DNA of 64,000 nucleotides. Origin: Candidatus Multivoradales bacterium. GTDB lineage: Bacteria > Acidobacteriota > Thermoanaerobaculia > Multivoradales > JAHEKO01. The position numbers and the translations under genes were made by a program. The notes beneath the pieces were generated by a model that made no database searches, was not told where the DNA came from, and saw only the letters and a list, made by a program, of their open reading frames with translations. Positions 41,067-50,486 of this stretch are shown one piece after another; position 1 is the first letter of the stretch; each line of letters starts with the position of its first letter. Location of the stretch: assembly GCA_965223855.1 (NCBI GenBank), contig CBDCXM010000009.1:1510206-1574205 (forward strand), read 5' to 3'.

Positions 41067-42395
41067 TCAGTTCGTGTCGGGCGTCCCGGCACCGATGGCG
41101 TAGAGCGCCTCGTTCGTCCGCAGGTAGATCGTTCCGTTTGAGATCGCCGGTGACGCGGCCGTGTATTCGCCGAGGTCGTTCTGCGCGAGGATCTCGAAGT
41201 TCTCGCCCGGAGCGAGGACGGACACCCTGCCGTCGGTGCCGGTGACGTAGAGCTTGCCGTCGGCGAGAACCGGCGAGGCCCGGTGCGGCTTGCCGTGCAC
41301 GCGCTCCTGGTAGAGGACCGTGCCGTCCTCGGCTCGCGCGACGGTCAGGGCGCCGCGCTCGTCGTTGAGGTAGACGATCCCCTCGTGGAGGATCGGCGAC
41401 GGGACGTCGGGAGTGGCGCTGTCGAGCTTCCAGAGAACCCGCTCGGAGTCAGGCCCGATCCTTCCCTCGGCGCCCTCCGTGCGAAGCCCGAACACCGGGC
41501 CGCGCTTCGCCGTCGTGACGATCACTAGATCGCCATCGGTCACCGGGGTCGCGACCAGGCGGAAGTAGGGGTTGTAGTTGTCGGCGGGGTTGAGGGTGCC
41601 GAAGCGCCACTGCTCGGCGCCGTCGGCGAGTGAGTGCGCGCTCACGTAGTCGGAGCCGTGGATCAGCACATGATCGCCGAACGGGACCGGGGAGGCGTAC
41701 GAATGCAGGCATTCGCCCTTCGCGTCGGTCGGACGCTCGGTCTTCCAAACCTCCTCGCCGCTCCCCTTGTCGAGCGCCACGACGAGCTGCCGGTCGGCGT
41801 GAAGAAGCTGCAGGATCAGCCGGTCGCCGTGAAGAAGCGGCGACATCGAAAGGCCGAAGAAGAGACTCGGCTTGCCGTAGCGCTCTCCGAGGTCGGTCTC
41901 CCAGACCAGCTCGCCGTCGAGGTCGAAGCAGGCGAGCTTGCCGGTGCCGAACAGTACCCAGAGGTGCTCCCCGTCGGTCGCCGGCGACGGCGACGCCGCC
42001 GTCGTCTCGTGCTCGAACCCGGAGAACACCTTGACTTCACCGTGATCGACCAGCCGCTCCCAGAGGACCTCCCCCTCGCGGCTGACGGCGAGAAGAAGGA
42101 GCTCGTCGCTGCCCTCGCGCGTCGAAGTCAGGAAGATCCGATCGCCCCAGACCACGGGCGTCGAAGCCGCACGTCCGGGAAGCTCGAGCCGCCACCGCAC
42201 GCCCCGCTCACGACTCCACTGTGTCGGGAGGTTCGTCTCGAGGCTCGTCCCGTCCAGCCGGGGGCCACGCCACTGCGGCCAGTTCTCGCCGCAGGCGGCA
42301 TCGACAAGAAGGAGGGGGGTGAAACAGGACAGAGCCAACGCGACCGCGCGCGTAAGAGTTCGTGATCGAGGCAAGCTCGTTCCTCCTTCGGTCAT
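41067..42395 (-). CDS. PQQ-like beta-propeller repeat protein (BamB-like fold), secreted
   Basis: Signal peptide. Repeated 'W.....G......P.V..G.I' PQQ-type blades. Confidence 0.8.
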   Translation of the reverse strand: MTEGGTSLPRSRTLTRAVALALSCFTPLLLVDAACGENWPQWRGPRLDGTSLETNLPTQWSRERGVRWRLELPGRAASTPVVWGDRIFLTSTREGSDELLLLAVSREGEVLWERLVDHGEVKVFSGFEHETTAASPSPATDGEHLWVLFGTGKLACFDLDGELVWETDLGERYGKPSLFFGLSMSPLLHGDRLILQLLHADRQLVVALDKGSGEEVWKTERPTDAKGECLHSYASPVPFGDHVLIHGSDYVSAHSLADGAEQWRFGTLNPADNYNPYFRLVATPVTDGDLVIVTTAKRGPVFGLRTEGAEGRIGPDSERVLWKLDSATPDVPSPILHEGIVYLNDERGALTVARAEDGTVLYQERVHGKPHRASPVLADGKLYVTGTDGRVSVLAPGENFEILAQNDLGEYTAASPAISNGTIYLRTNEALYAIGAGTPDTN

Positions 42396-42569
42396 CGGTA
42401 GGGATCGGGCGGTGGGAGCCTATCAACGCGAGCTGCGGCTCGGGCCACAGGGTCCGGGTGCTACTGTTTGCCAAACAGACAACAATCGAAACGAGCCTGG
42501 GTGGGCCGGGCGTGGAAGAGGTGCCCGGCTCGTGGTCCAGGGCTCGTGGTCCAGGACGGGGAGTCAGCC

Positions 42570-45062
42570 ATGTCGAGAGCGATGTTCAGGCCATTTCTGA
42601 CGGGTTTCGCGATGCTTCTGGTAGCGGGTCTGGCGATGGGTGCGACCCTCACGGTCGACAGCGATACCGATGACGGAACCGGGTGCACGCTGCGGGAGGC
42701 GGTGGCGTCGGCGAACGGAGACTCCGCCGTGGGAGGGTGCGCGGCAGGAAGCGGCTCCGACACGATCGTCTTCGACGGCTCCCTGGCCGGCTCGACGATC
42801 ACGCTGACCTCGAACGACGACACGTCCTTCGGCCCGTCCGCTCTCGAGGTCTCGAGCAACGTGACGATCGAAGGCCCCGACGATGGCCCGGGCATCACGA
42901 TCACCAGGAGTGGGCCGGGGCGGCTGATCTATGTCACCGGTGGTGGAGATCTGACGGTGCGCGATCTCACCCTGACCGGCGGCACCGCGACCGGCTTCGA
43001 CGGCGGCCCTCGCTCCCGCGGTGGCGGCGGTGGCGGCGGCGCCGGGATGGGTGGTGCGATCTTCAACGAAGGTGAGGTCCACCTCGTGCGCTCGACTCTG
43101 AGCGGCAACACGGCGGTGGGGGGCGAGGGGGGTGCGGAACGCGAGTTCAACCAGCCGCCGGACGGCAGCTTCGGCGGTGGTGGTGCCGGAGTGGCGGGAG
43201 ATGGCGCCTTCGGCGGCGACTCGCCGGGCGCGGGCGGCGCGGGTGGCGGTGGTACGGGCGGCAGCGGTGGTGAGGACTGCACCGACGGCTTCGGCGGTTC
43301 GTTCGGCTCCGGTGGTGGCGGCGGCGGCGCTGACACCAATGGCGACCCGGGCTGCGACGGCGGCACCGGCGGACTCGGCGGCGGTGGTGGTGGCGGCGGC
43401 TCCGGCGCGCTCGGCAAGGGCTCGGGTGGCGGCGGCGGCTTCGGTGGCGGGGCCGGAGGCGATGGAGGCGTGGAGTCCATCATCCCCGGCGGCGCGGGCG
43501 GCGGCGGTGCCGGCCTCGGGGGAGCGATCTTCAATCACGACGGCCTGGTCACCGTGACCAACAGCACCCTCTCGGGCAATTCCGCCGTGGGCGGTCCCGG
43601 CGGCACAGCCGTGATCGGCTCCGGCGGCGGTGAGGACGGCCAGGGGCTCGGCGCGGCGATCTTCAACTACAGCGGGATGCTGTTCATCCTCAACTCGACG
43701 CTCTACGACAACGACGTGGACGGCTCCCCGGGCAGCGAGGGAGCGGTGGTCAGCCGCGGCGACGGTGGGGCGGCCAACGATCTGATCGACAACTCCATCC
43801 TCGCCGGCACCCGGGACGGCGGTGCGGTGGTCGCCGACTACGTCTCCAGCACCAACGCCGGCTTCGGCGGCACGAACAACTACATCGAGACCACTTCGGC
43901 CGGATTCCCGAACCCGGTGACACCGGCGACGGAGGGGATCGGCGGCCTGGCCGACAACGGAGGCCCGACTTTCACCCACGAGTTGACGGCGGCCAGCGAC
44001 CTGATCGACCAGGGCGACGTTGCGGTGGCCGGCGGGTTGACGACCGACCAGCGCGGCTACATCCCGCGGGACACGGGCGGCATTCCGGACGTCGGCGCCT
44101 ACGAGTTCGGCGCCAGCCCGCCCAACTCACCGCCGGTCGCGGACGCCGGGCCCGACCAGACGGTCGAGTGCTCGGCGCCGATGGGCGGCACCGAGGTCAC
44201 CCTCGACGGGAGCGGCTCGAGCGACCCCGACGACGATCCGTTGACCTACACCTGGACGGGGCCGTTCCCACAGGGCGGCGGCACGGTGACCGGCGTGATG
44301 CCCGTGGTGACGCTGCCGCTGGGCGTCCACGTCATCACGCTCGAGGTCGACGACGGCAACGGCGAGCAGGACACCGACACGGTACAGATCACCGTGGAGG
44401 ACACCACGCCGCCGGACATCACTCTCAACGGCGACAACCCGATGGTGCTCGAGTGCGCTATCGACAGCTATGACGAGCCGGGGGCGGTGGTCACCGACAT
44501 CTGCGACGACGACCCGATGCTCGACATCACCGGCACGGTCGACACGGCGACGCCGGGCACCTACCCGATCACCTACACGGCGACCGACGCCAGCAGCAAC
44601 ATGGCACAGGAGATCCGCGACGTCTTCGTGGTCGACACCACGCCGCCGGTGATCACCGTGCTGCCGAGCCCCATCGTGCTCTGGCCGCCAAATCACAAGT
44701 ACGTCGGCGTCAGTGTGGCGGACATCGTCACCTCGGTCGTCGATCTGTGTGACACCGGGGTCGGCATCGGCGACGTGGTCGTCACTTCGGTGTCGAGCGA
44801 CGAGGTGGAGAACGGCAAGGGCGACGGCAACACGCTCAACGACATCGTGATCGCCGACGACTGCCGCTCAGTCAATCTTCGCTCGGAGCGGAGCGGCAGA
44901 TCCAACGGACGGGTCTACACCATCCACCTCGCGGCCACAGACGCCGACGGCAACACGGGGACGGCTTCGTTCCAGGTGCAGGTCCCGCACAGCCTGGGGA
45001 GTGGCCCGGCGGTGGATGACGGGCCGGTCTACACGGAAGTGAGTGCCTGCGGGGGCGCGTAG
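42570..45062 (+). CDS. Secreted choice-of-anchor-Q domain protein with Gly-rich region and C-terminal Ig-like (DUF5011/HYR-like) domains
   Basis: N-terminal 'LTVDSDTDDGTGCTLREAVASANGD' and 'PDVGAYEF' motifs of the choice-of-anchor Q family. Long G-rich low-complexity stretch. Two 'PPVITLNGDNPM...' Ig-like modules. Confidence 0.7.
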   Translation: MSRAMFRPFLTGFAMLLVAGLAMGATLTVDSDTDDGTGCTLREAVASANGDSAVGGCAAGSGSDTIVFDGSLAGSTITLTSNDDTSFGPSALEVSSNVTIEGPDDGPGITITRSGPGRLIYVTGGGDLTVRDLTLTGGTATGFDGGPRSRGGGGGGGAGMGGAIFNEGEVHLVRSTLSGNTAVGGEGGAEREFNQPPDGSFGGGGAGVAGDGAFGGDSPGAGGAGGGGTGGSGGEDCTDGFGGSFGSGGGGGGADTNGDPGCDGGTGGLGGGGGGGGSGALGKGSGGGGGFGGGAGGDGGVESIIPGGAGGGGAGLGGAIFNHDGLVTVTNSTLSGNSAVGGPGGTAVIGSGGGEDGQGLGAAIFNYSGMLFILNSTLYDNDVDGSPGSEGAVVSRGDGGAANDLIDNSILAGTRDGGAVVADYVSSTNAGFGGTNNYIETTSAGFPNPVTPATEGIGGLADNGGPTFTHELTAASDLIDQGDVAVAGGLTTDQRGYIPRDTGGIPDVGAYEFGASPPNSPPVADAGPDQTVECSAPMGGTEVTLDGSGSSDPDDDPLTYTWTGPFPQGGGTVTGVMPVVTLPLGVHVITLEVDDGNGEQDTDTVQITVEDTTPPDITLNGDNPMVLECAIDSYDEPGAVVTDICDDDPMLDITGTVDTATPGTYPITYTATDASSNMAQEIRDVFVVDTTPPVITVLPSPIVLWPPNHKYVGVSVADIVTSVVDLCDTGVGIGDVVVTSVSSDEVENGKGDGNTLNDIVIADDCRSVNLRSERSGRSNGRVYTIHLAATDADGNTGTASFQVQVPHSLGSGPAVDDGPVYTEVSACGGA

Positions 45063-45205
45063 CGGAGACTTCGGGCTCGGTCCGGAAGCTTTTCGTCGAG
45101 GGGGAGTTCTTGGCCGTCAGCCGCTCAGGGCCAGGAGCCTGCACCCTTCCCGCAACCGAATCGAGTGCAGTATCCAACCGACGCATACCGGAAGAGGAGA
45201 GAGCG

Positions 45206-46021
45206 ATGAGGAACTTTGTCTGGGGGACGATGTTCGTGACGGTGGCTGCCCTGGCAGCCCAGCCGGTGGAAGCAGCCCAGCCCGGCGATCTGATCGATGA
45301 GGGCACAGTGGACCTGCTGCGTGCCGCGCGAGAGGAGTTCAGGGGCACGGCTGGTGAGGCTGCAGTCACCGAGGATCAGGTGGGAGACGCCGACTCGTTC
45401 GGTCGCGACAAGATCTATCTGGGCGTCTCGCAGACCACGCCGGTGGTCGTTCAGGCGGACTGCACCGGCTCTCCCCCGGAGGAGGTTTGCATCGAACACC
45501 TTCCTGCGCCGGCCACGACCTCCGTGGACGAGTTCGACCTGGGCATGATCGAGCTTCCCGACCGCGCCTCCAACTCCCTGCTTTGCTTTACGTTCACCCA
45601 GTTCTCCACCTGGCTCTGGGGCAACACCACCGGCTCCACGCAGACGGGAAGCATGGGCCTTCTTCTCACCGTGCAGATCGAGAACGACGTGCTGAACGGG
45701 CTGACCAACTCCGACGGCTTCCCGTTCAACGGATCTCTGTTCCTGGACAACACCGGCGCGCCCTTCCCCGAGGGGATCCTGGTGTCCACCCGCCAGAACA
45801 CCCTGCCCGACGGTGCCTTCGAGATTCAGCGTGAGCGAACGACCAGGAGCTGCACCGGCGGCCTCGTCAGCGCTAGGTCGCTTCGCGCCGAGGGCCTGAC
45901 CGACGCGCAGATCAAGGATTTCTTCAAGGAGCCGATGACCGTGAGGTTCGGCGTGCGGGGTACGGTGAGGATGACCGAAGTGGCGATCTTCTTCGGTGGC
46001 ATCCGCATCTACGGCGACTGA
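45206..46021 (+). CDS. Secreted hypothetical protein
   Basis: Signal peptide MRNFVWGTMFVTVAALAAQPVEA. No known motif. Confidence 0.5.
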   Translation: MRNFVWGTMFVTVAALAAQPVEAAQPGDLIDEGTVDLLRAAREEFRGTAGEAAVTEDQVGDADSFGRDKIYLGVSQTTPVVVQADCTGSPPEEVCIEHLPAPATTSVDEFDLGMIELPDRASNSLLCFTFTQFSTWLWGNTTGSTQTGSMGLLLTVQIENDVLNGLTNSDGFPFNGSLFLDNTGAPFPEGILVSTRQNTLPDGAFEIQRERTTRSCTGGLVSARSLRAEGLTDAQIKDFFKEPMTVRFGVRGTVRMTEVAIFFGGIRIYGD

Positions 46022-46082
46022 CGCGGGCTGAGGGCCGGACCGCGAGCGGGGGCCGCTCGGGCCCGGCACCGTCCGGCGGGCG

Positions 46083-46313
46083 CTACCGTTCGACCCTGCT
46101 CTCAGGAGGGTCGTGGTCGTTGGGATCGAAGTCCCGCGTGTTGGGCCGCTCGGCGGCCGTGCTGGTCGGCCCGCCGCGTTCCTCGCGCTCGACCAGCTCT
46201 TCGATCGGCGTCTCGAAGTCCGGATCGTCCGGCTGCAGGGTCGGATCGACATGCTTGACGAGGATTCGGTGGGGCCCTTGGGGCTCGATCGCCTGGCTTG
46301 TTTCGATGATCAT
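46083..46313 (-). CDS. Small acidic hypothetical protein (76 aa)
   Basis: AGGAG lies 6 nt before the ATG. Acidic, proline-rich. Confidence 0.4.
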   Translation of the reverse strand: MIIETSQAIEPQGPHRILVKHVDPTLQPDDPDFETPIEELVEREERGGPTSTAAERPNTRDFDPNDHDPPESRVER

Positions 46314-46520
46314 GCTCGGCTCCTGGTCGCTGGAGTGAGTCTTCGGCGCGGACTTCGCGCCGAAGAACAGGCACTTCCAAGTTTATAGATAGTGAAAGAA
46401 AAGAGTATCAGAAGGGCCGCGGCGGCTGATCAGCGGCAGGAGGCCGGTCAGAGCCGGTGTGGGTTGGTAGGCTGAAAACGTCGCGTACGGTCCAACACTC
46501 ACCGGCGGAGCTCCGAACGG

Positions 46521-46889
46521 ATGGCCACGACCACTCCCGAACACGACGAACGAATCGCGAAGATGAAGTTCTCCTCCGTCTACCCGCACTATGTGACGAA
46601 GGTCGAGAAGAAGGGCAGGAGCAGGGAGGAGCTGCACCAGGTCATCCACTGGCTCACCGGGTTCGACGACGGCAGGCTGCAGCAGCTCATCGACGCCAAC
46701 GTCACCTTCGAAGAGTTCTTCGACCAGGCGACGCTCCACCCGAACGCGCACCTGATCAAGGGCGTCATCTGCGGCTACCGGGTCGAAGACATCGAGAACC
46801 CGCTCACGCAGAAGGTCCGGTACCTCGACAAGCTCGTGGACGAGCTCGCCAGGGGGAAGAAGATGGAGAGCATTCTCCGGGCCGGATAG
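46521..46889 (+). CDS. DUF2200-family protein
   Basis: '[34 protein letters not shown]' matches the conserved DUF2200 N-terminus, as recalled from memory. Confidence 0.65.
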   Translation: MATTTPEHDERIAKMKFSSVYPHYVTKVEKKGRSREELHQVIHWLTGFDDGRLQQLIDANVTFEEFFDQATLHPNAHLIKGVICGYRVEDIENPLTQKVRYLDKLVDELARGKKMESILRAG

Positions 46890-46922
46890 GGAAGGTCAGG
46901 CCAGCGTGGGGCTGACGCAGTC

Positions 46923-47375
46923 CTACGCCGACCCAACAGCCTCGGCCAGCAATCCCTCCAGATCCAACCGACGCGTGAACATCGCGAGCCCTCCCTCCGT
47001 GTCCCGAGGCCACTCGCTCTCCGGGCGGTCCCAGTAGAGCTCGAGGCCGTTGCCGTCGGGGTCGCGCAGGTAGAGCGCCTCGCTCACGCCGTGGTCGGCG
47101 GCGCCGTCGAGCTCGATTCCGGCCTCGAGGAGCCGGTGCAGAGCCGTGGCCAACGCATGCCGGGTCGGGTAGAGGAACGCGACATGAAAGAGGCCCGTGG
47201 TTCCCGGAGCGGGTGGCGAGCCGCCCCCCTGCTCTCCCAGGTGTTGAGGCCGACGTGCCAGTGGTGGTAGCCGCCAGGATTGGTGTGGGCGCTCAGGAAC
47301 GCGTGCTAGCCTGGTCCGCCCATCCTCTGGGTCAGCACTCGAAGCCCAGAACATCGCGGTAGAAGGCGACAGCAC
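46923..47375 (-). pseudogene. VOC/glyoxalase-family protein, disrupted by two frameshifts and an in-frame TAG
   Basis: C-terminal half 'GTTGLFHVAFLYP...EALYLRDPDGNGLELYWDRP' is intact. N-terminal half 'HPVADLERAVAFYRDVLGFE' (extending to about 47410), 'VLTQRMGGPG*' and 'HAFLSAHTNPGGYHHWHVGLNTW' lie in other frames. Lesions: a 1-nt deletion near 47335, a TAG at about 47296-47298, and a C6 run at about 47222-47229. Confidence 0.55.
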
Positions 47376-48246
47376 GCTCGAGGTCTGCGACCGGATGGAG
47401 AAGAAGCGCCGAAGGATGCGAACGGCAATCCTCTGCCAGTCAGGCTAAAGACGATCGTCAGAGCGGATTCTTGGTCTCGTTCACTTGGTGATGTGTGCGC
47501 GTTGCCGACCAGATCCCGGGACGTTCAGAGATCCGTCGTGACGCAGTTTGAAGAACAGCCAGCCGACGCGAACGAACAGAGACGGAATCGTCCTTAAGAT
47601 TTTTTTCGATGAATGTGACCGACTCGAGCCTGCGGGTCGATGGGTGGCTGGGTCGTCACGTTGGCCGGGCGTCGGGGGGGCGTTCCAGAAGCCCGGCCAC
47701 TCTAACTCGCGGGCCGTTTCTCGATCGCCCCATCCACCGTCTGGCCCCCATCGGAGCGATTTCGCGTTCTCTCCAACATGAGCCGCCGGAGAAGATGAGT
47801 CGAAGCGTTGCGCTATGCTGAGAGGCAAGCACATAAATCTTCGATCCGCACCGGCAGCCACCCGACAGCAACTCTGCAAGGAGTTCCGCATGACCGATCC
47901 CGAACCCATCGAAGACGTCGAGTACCTCTCGAAACTGCATGTCGTGTCCCGTGAGGCTGAGGAGGCAGGTCGTGAACGAAGCTCGCTTCTCATTCGTCAC
48001 CTTTCGCCGCTCGCCATCTCGTCGGTCAGACCGACCAAGCGGTGTCGTGGATGGCCTCTCCATCCGACCCGTCCTATGCTCGTCGACGCCGCGGTCGCCG
48101 CAGCGTGTCAAGCCCCTCAGACCGAAGACCCGTCCTTCGTCGAGTCCAAGCCCCCGAAGAAGAGTCCTAGGACTCTTTCGTACTCGCGAGCCTTTCACCG
48201 GCCCGATCACGCCCCAACAGCCCGGAACGGGCAAGGAGACCAACCC

Positions 48247-48519
48247 ATGGCATTCCCCACCTCAGTCAACAGTCAGATCACCGATGCGGTCACCCAGGCC
48301 AACCTCAAGGTGCTCGGGGACGCCCCCGCGGTGGCGATCGGCAACCTCTATCAGGCGACCGCCCAGGCGCTGAGCAACGCCGCCCACAACGCGACCATGG
48401 CGCAGCAGCAGACCAACATCACCGCTCAGGCCGCCACCACCCAGGGTGTCGCGACGTTGCTGGCGCTCGACACCGCAGCCACCAGCGTCGCCGTCGCCGA
48501 GGAGGTGGAGTCCGGATGA
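48247..48519 (+). CDS. RebB-family (R-body / killing-trait) protein
   Basis: 90 aa. 'VNSQITDAVTQANLKVLGDAPAVAIGNLYQATAQALSNAAHNATMAQQQTNITAQAATTQGVATLLALDTAA' matches the RebB pattern. AAGGAGA RBS. An in-frame upstream ATG at 47890, also with an AAGGAG RBS, would add a 119-aa Pro/Arg/Ser-rich extension. Confidence 0.75.
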   Translation: MAFPTSVNSQITDAVTQANLKVLGDAPAVAIGNLYQATAQALSNAAHNATMAQQQTNITAQAATTQGVATLLALDTAATSVAVAEEVESG

Positions 48520-48836
48520 GCGGCAGGGGCTCGACCTCGGTCAACGATCAGATCGTCGACGCGGTTCGCGAGACCAACGCCGTCAACATCGGTACCGCGG
48601 AGGCCGGTTCGAAGGCGCTGCTCGACATCGTGATGGCGCAGACCGTCGGTATGTCGATGCACAATGCCGTCACCGCGCAGCACAACGACCGCATGGTTGC
48701 CGAGGCGGCTGTGGCCGCCACCTGCGCCCGCCTGCTGGCGGCGCACCGGCTCCCGCAACCGGTATCGCCAAAGCGTGGCGGTCCGACGACGAACGAGAAG
48801 CCGGCCAAAGGGAAGTCGCCGACGCCCGGCAAGTAG
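48516..48836 (+). CDS. RebB-family paralog
   Basis: 'TSVNDQIVDAVRETNAVNIGTAEAGSKALLDIVMAQTVGMSMHNAVTAQHNDRMVAEAAVAA' parallels RebB. ATGA overlap with the upstream gene. Confidence 0.65.
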   Translation: MSGRGSTSVNDQIVDAVRETNAVNIGTAEAGSKALLDIVMAQTVGMSMHNAVTAQHNDRMVAEAAVAATCARLLAAHRLPQPVSPKRGGPTTNEKPAKGKSPTPGK

Positions 48837-48854
48837 GCCGGGAAGGACAGAACG

Positions 48855-49223
48855 ATGGCAGAGAACCACAGCTCAGCAACCTCGAGTCCGGAGCTCGACG
48901 ACCTCATCGCGGAGGTCACGCAGGCCGATGCTGCCGGCAAGGCCTACCACGCCGTAGCCCAGGCGACGGCGATGGCCGTTCAGGACGCCGTGGACCACTT
49001 GCGAAACGTCAGCACCGTGGCAGGGACCGCGATCGGCGTAGCGCTGGCCGAGTTTCTGGAGACCGGCGAGCAGAACGCGTTCGACACTGCGGTCGAGGCC
49101 GCTACCAGTACGGTCAGGGCCGCGACGAACACCTTCTCGGAGGTCGGCACCGCAGCGGCAGCGGTGCTCAACGGCTTTCCCTCGGGAGACGAGGGGAGTG
49201 GCCCGACGGACTCTCAGGCCTAG
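48855..49223 (+). CDS. Divergent RebB-like helical paralog
   Basis: 'AYHAVAQATAMAVQDAVDHLRNVSTVAGTAIGVALAEF' has the same Ala/Gln-rich architecture. Located 18 nt after the previous gene. Confidence 0.45.
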   Translation: MAENHSSATSSPELDDLIAEVTQADAAGKAYHAVAQATAMAVQDAVDHLRNVSTVAGTAIGVALAEFLETGEQNAFDTAVEAATSTVRAATNTFSEVGTAAAAVLNGFPSGDEGSGPTDSQA

Positions 49224-49238
49224 GGAAGAAGGTCCGAG

Positions 49239-50405
49239 ATGACCGTTCAGATCGCAGGCCACCTCATCACCTCCCCCGAGCAGTTGTCCGAACCCGCCCG
49301 TGCCGTCGTCGGCCTGATCGTCGACGGCGAGGACTGGCTCCGCAGCGCTATCGGGGATGCCGGTCACCACTACCACTTCCCGAGCGAAGGGGCACTCGTC
49401 AGCGGAGTCCAGAACGGGCTCCACGGCAGCGAGCTTCTGCTGGTCCCGGGCCTCGGCCTCCAGGTGAGCGCCGAGAGGCTGTTTCAGGTGCCGCCGGAAC
49501 TTCTGAGAGCGGTCGAAGAGGCGGCCGCCGCCGGCAGCTACGAGCCGACGGTGACGACGCGCAGACTGCTGGCTCAGTCGAAGCTGTGGACCGCCGATGA
49601 ACTGGCGGGTGGCCAGATCGCCCTCACGCAATTCGGCCTTCGCGACGACCCGCTCTTCCAATCTCTCACCCTCGGGGACGCGATCGTTTTGTTCGATCTG
49701 TTCGACTCGACGTACGACTCGACGAACCACTCGAAGGCCGCGGCCTCGTTCGCGGCGGACCGGGCGGTGACCCCTCGAGAGTTTGCGGACTACTACCGCT
49801 TCTACGTGACCGTCGCAGAGGCTTCCCGAAGCGAGGGTGGCGCAGACGAGAGAGTCGCGACGGCGCTCGAGCTGCTGCGCCCCGTCGTCTGGCCGCGACT
49901 GCGGTGCCCGCACGTCGCCTACGATCCGTCGCCTGAGACGGTCGGAGCTCTGGTGCGCTCCTGGCTGGCGGAAGGCGAGCCCGCGGTCGGCTTCGCCACC
50001 GCAAGTCGCGCAGTCGCCGAACTCGCTGAGGTGGCGGGCGGGACGATCTCGGTCGCCGAGGACGCCGAGGCCGCGGCCGAAACGTTCATCGAAACCTCGA
50101 CCGCCGTCCTGTCCTCCCAAGACCCGCGGGAGGGCGAGCTGTCCCAGGACGGTGCCGTCCAGCTCTTCAGCGTCGAGGCGCCGGACGGTGCCCGGGTCCT
50201 GCTCGTCCACGATCGGACTCACGGCGCGCTGGCGGTCCACTCGCTCGAGATGGCCCCCGGCATGACCGAGTCGTCCGGCACGACTACCCGCAAGACCCCG
50301 AAGAAGGCGGCGAAGAAGGCCGCCAGGAAGACGGCAAAGAAGGCGGCGAAGAAGGCGAAGCCAGGCATGGCGAAGAAGAGCGCCGGGGCGACTGCAAAAC
50401 AGTAG
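49239..50405 (+). CDS. Hypothetical protein with histone-H1-like Lys/Ala-rich C-terminal tail, reb-locus associated
   Basis: 388 aa. C-terminal 'TRKTPKKAAKKAARKTAKKAAKKAKPGMAKKSAGATAKQ'. Located 15 nt after the third reb gene. Confidence 0.5.
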   Translation: MTVQIAGHLITSPEQLSEPARAVVGLIVDGEDWLRSAIGDAGHHYHFPSEGALVSGVQNGLHGSELLLVPGLGLQVSAERLFQVPPELLRAVEEAAAAGSYEPTVTTRRLLAQSKLWTADELAGGQIALTQFGLRDDPLFQSLTLGDAIVLFDLFDSTYDSTNHSKAAASFAADRAVTPREFADYYRFYVTVAEASRSEGGADERVATALELLRPVVWPRLRCPHVAYDPSPETVGALVRSWLAEGEPAVGFATASRAVAELAEVAGGTISVAEDAEAAAETFIETSTAVLSSQDPREGELSQDGAVQLFSVEAPDGARVLLVHDRTHGALAVHSLEMAPGMTESSGTTTRKTPKKAAKKAARKTAKKAAKKAKPGMAKKSAGATAKQ

Positions 50406-50486
50406 GGTCCAGCGACTCCTGTGCCATAGTCGCGCGAAGTCGATGGCTTCCCCGGCACAGGCACTCACCGTTCCGCAGGCGATGGA

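Noticed and set aside
43000-43560. Highly repetitive ggcggcggtggc DNA that could be mistaken for a CRISPR-like or VNTR array.
   Set aside because: Repeats are irregular and in-frame, encoding the Gly-rich linker of the choice-of-anchor-Q protein. No spacer-repeat periodicity.
47815-48246. N-terminal 144-codon extension of the first RebB ORF (the track gives one 234-aa ORF).
   Set aside because: The extension is Pro/Arg/Ser-rich and non-globular. The internal ATG at 48247 has its own AAGGAGA RBS and yields a canonical ~90-aa RebB. The upstream ATG at 47890, which also has an RBS, is kept as an alternative in the feature note.
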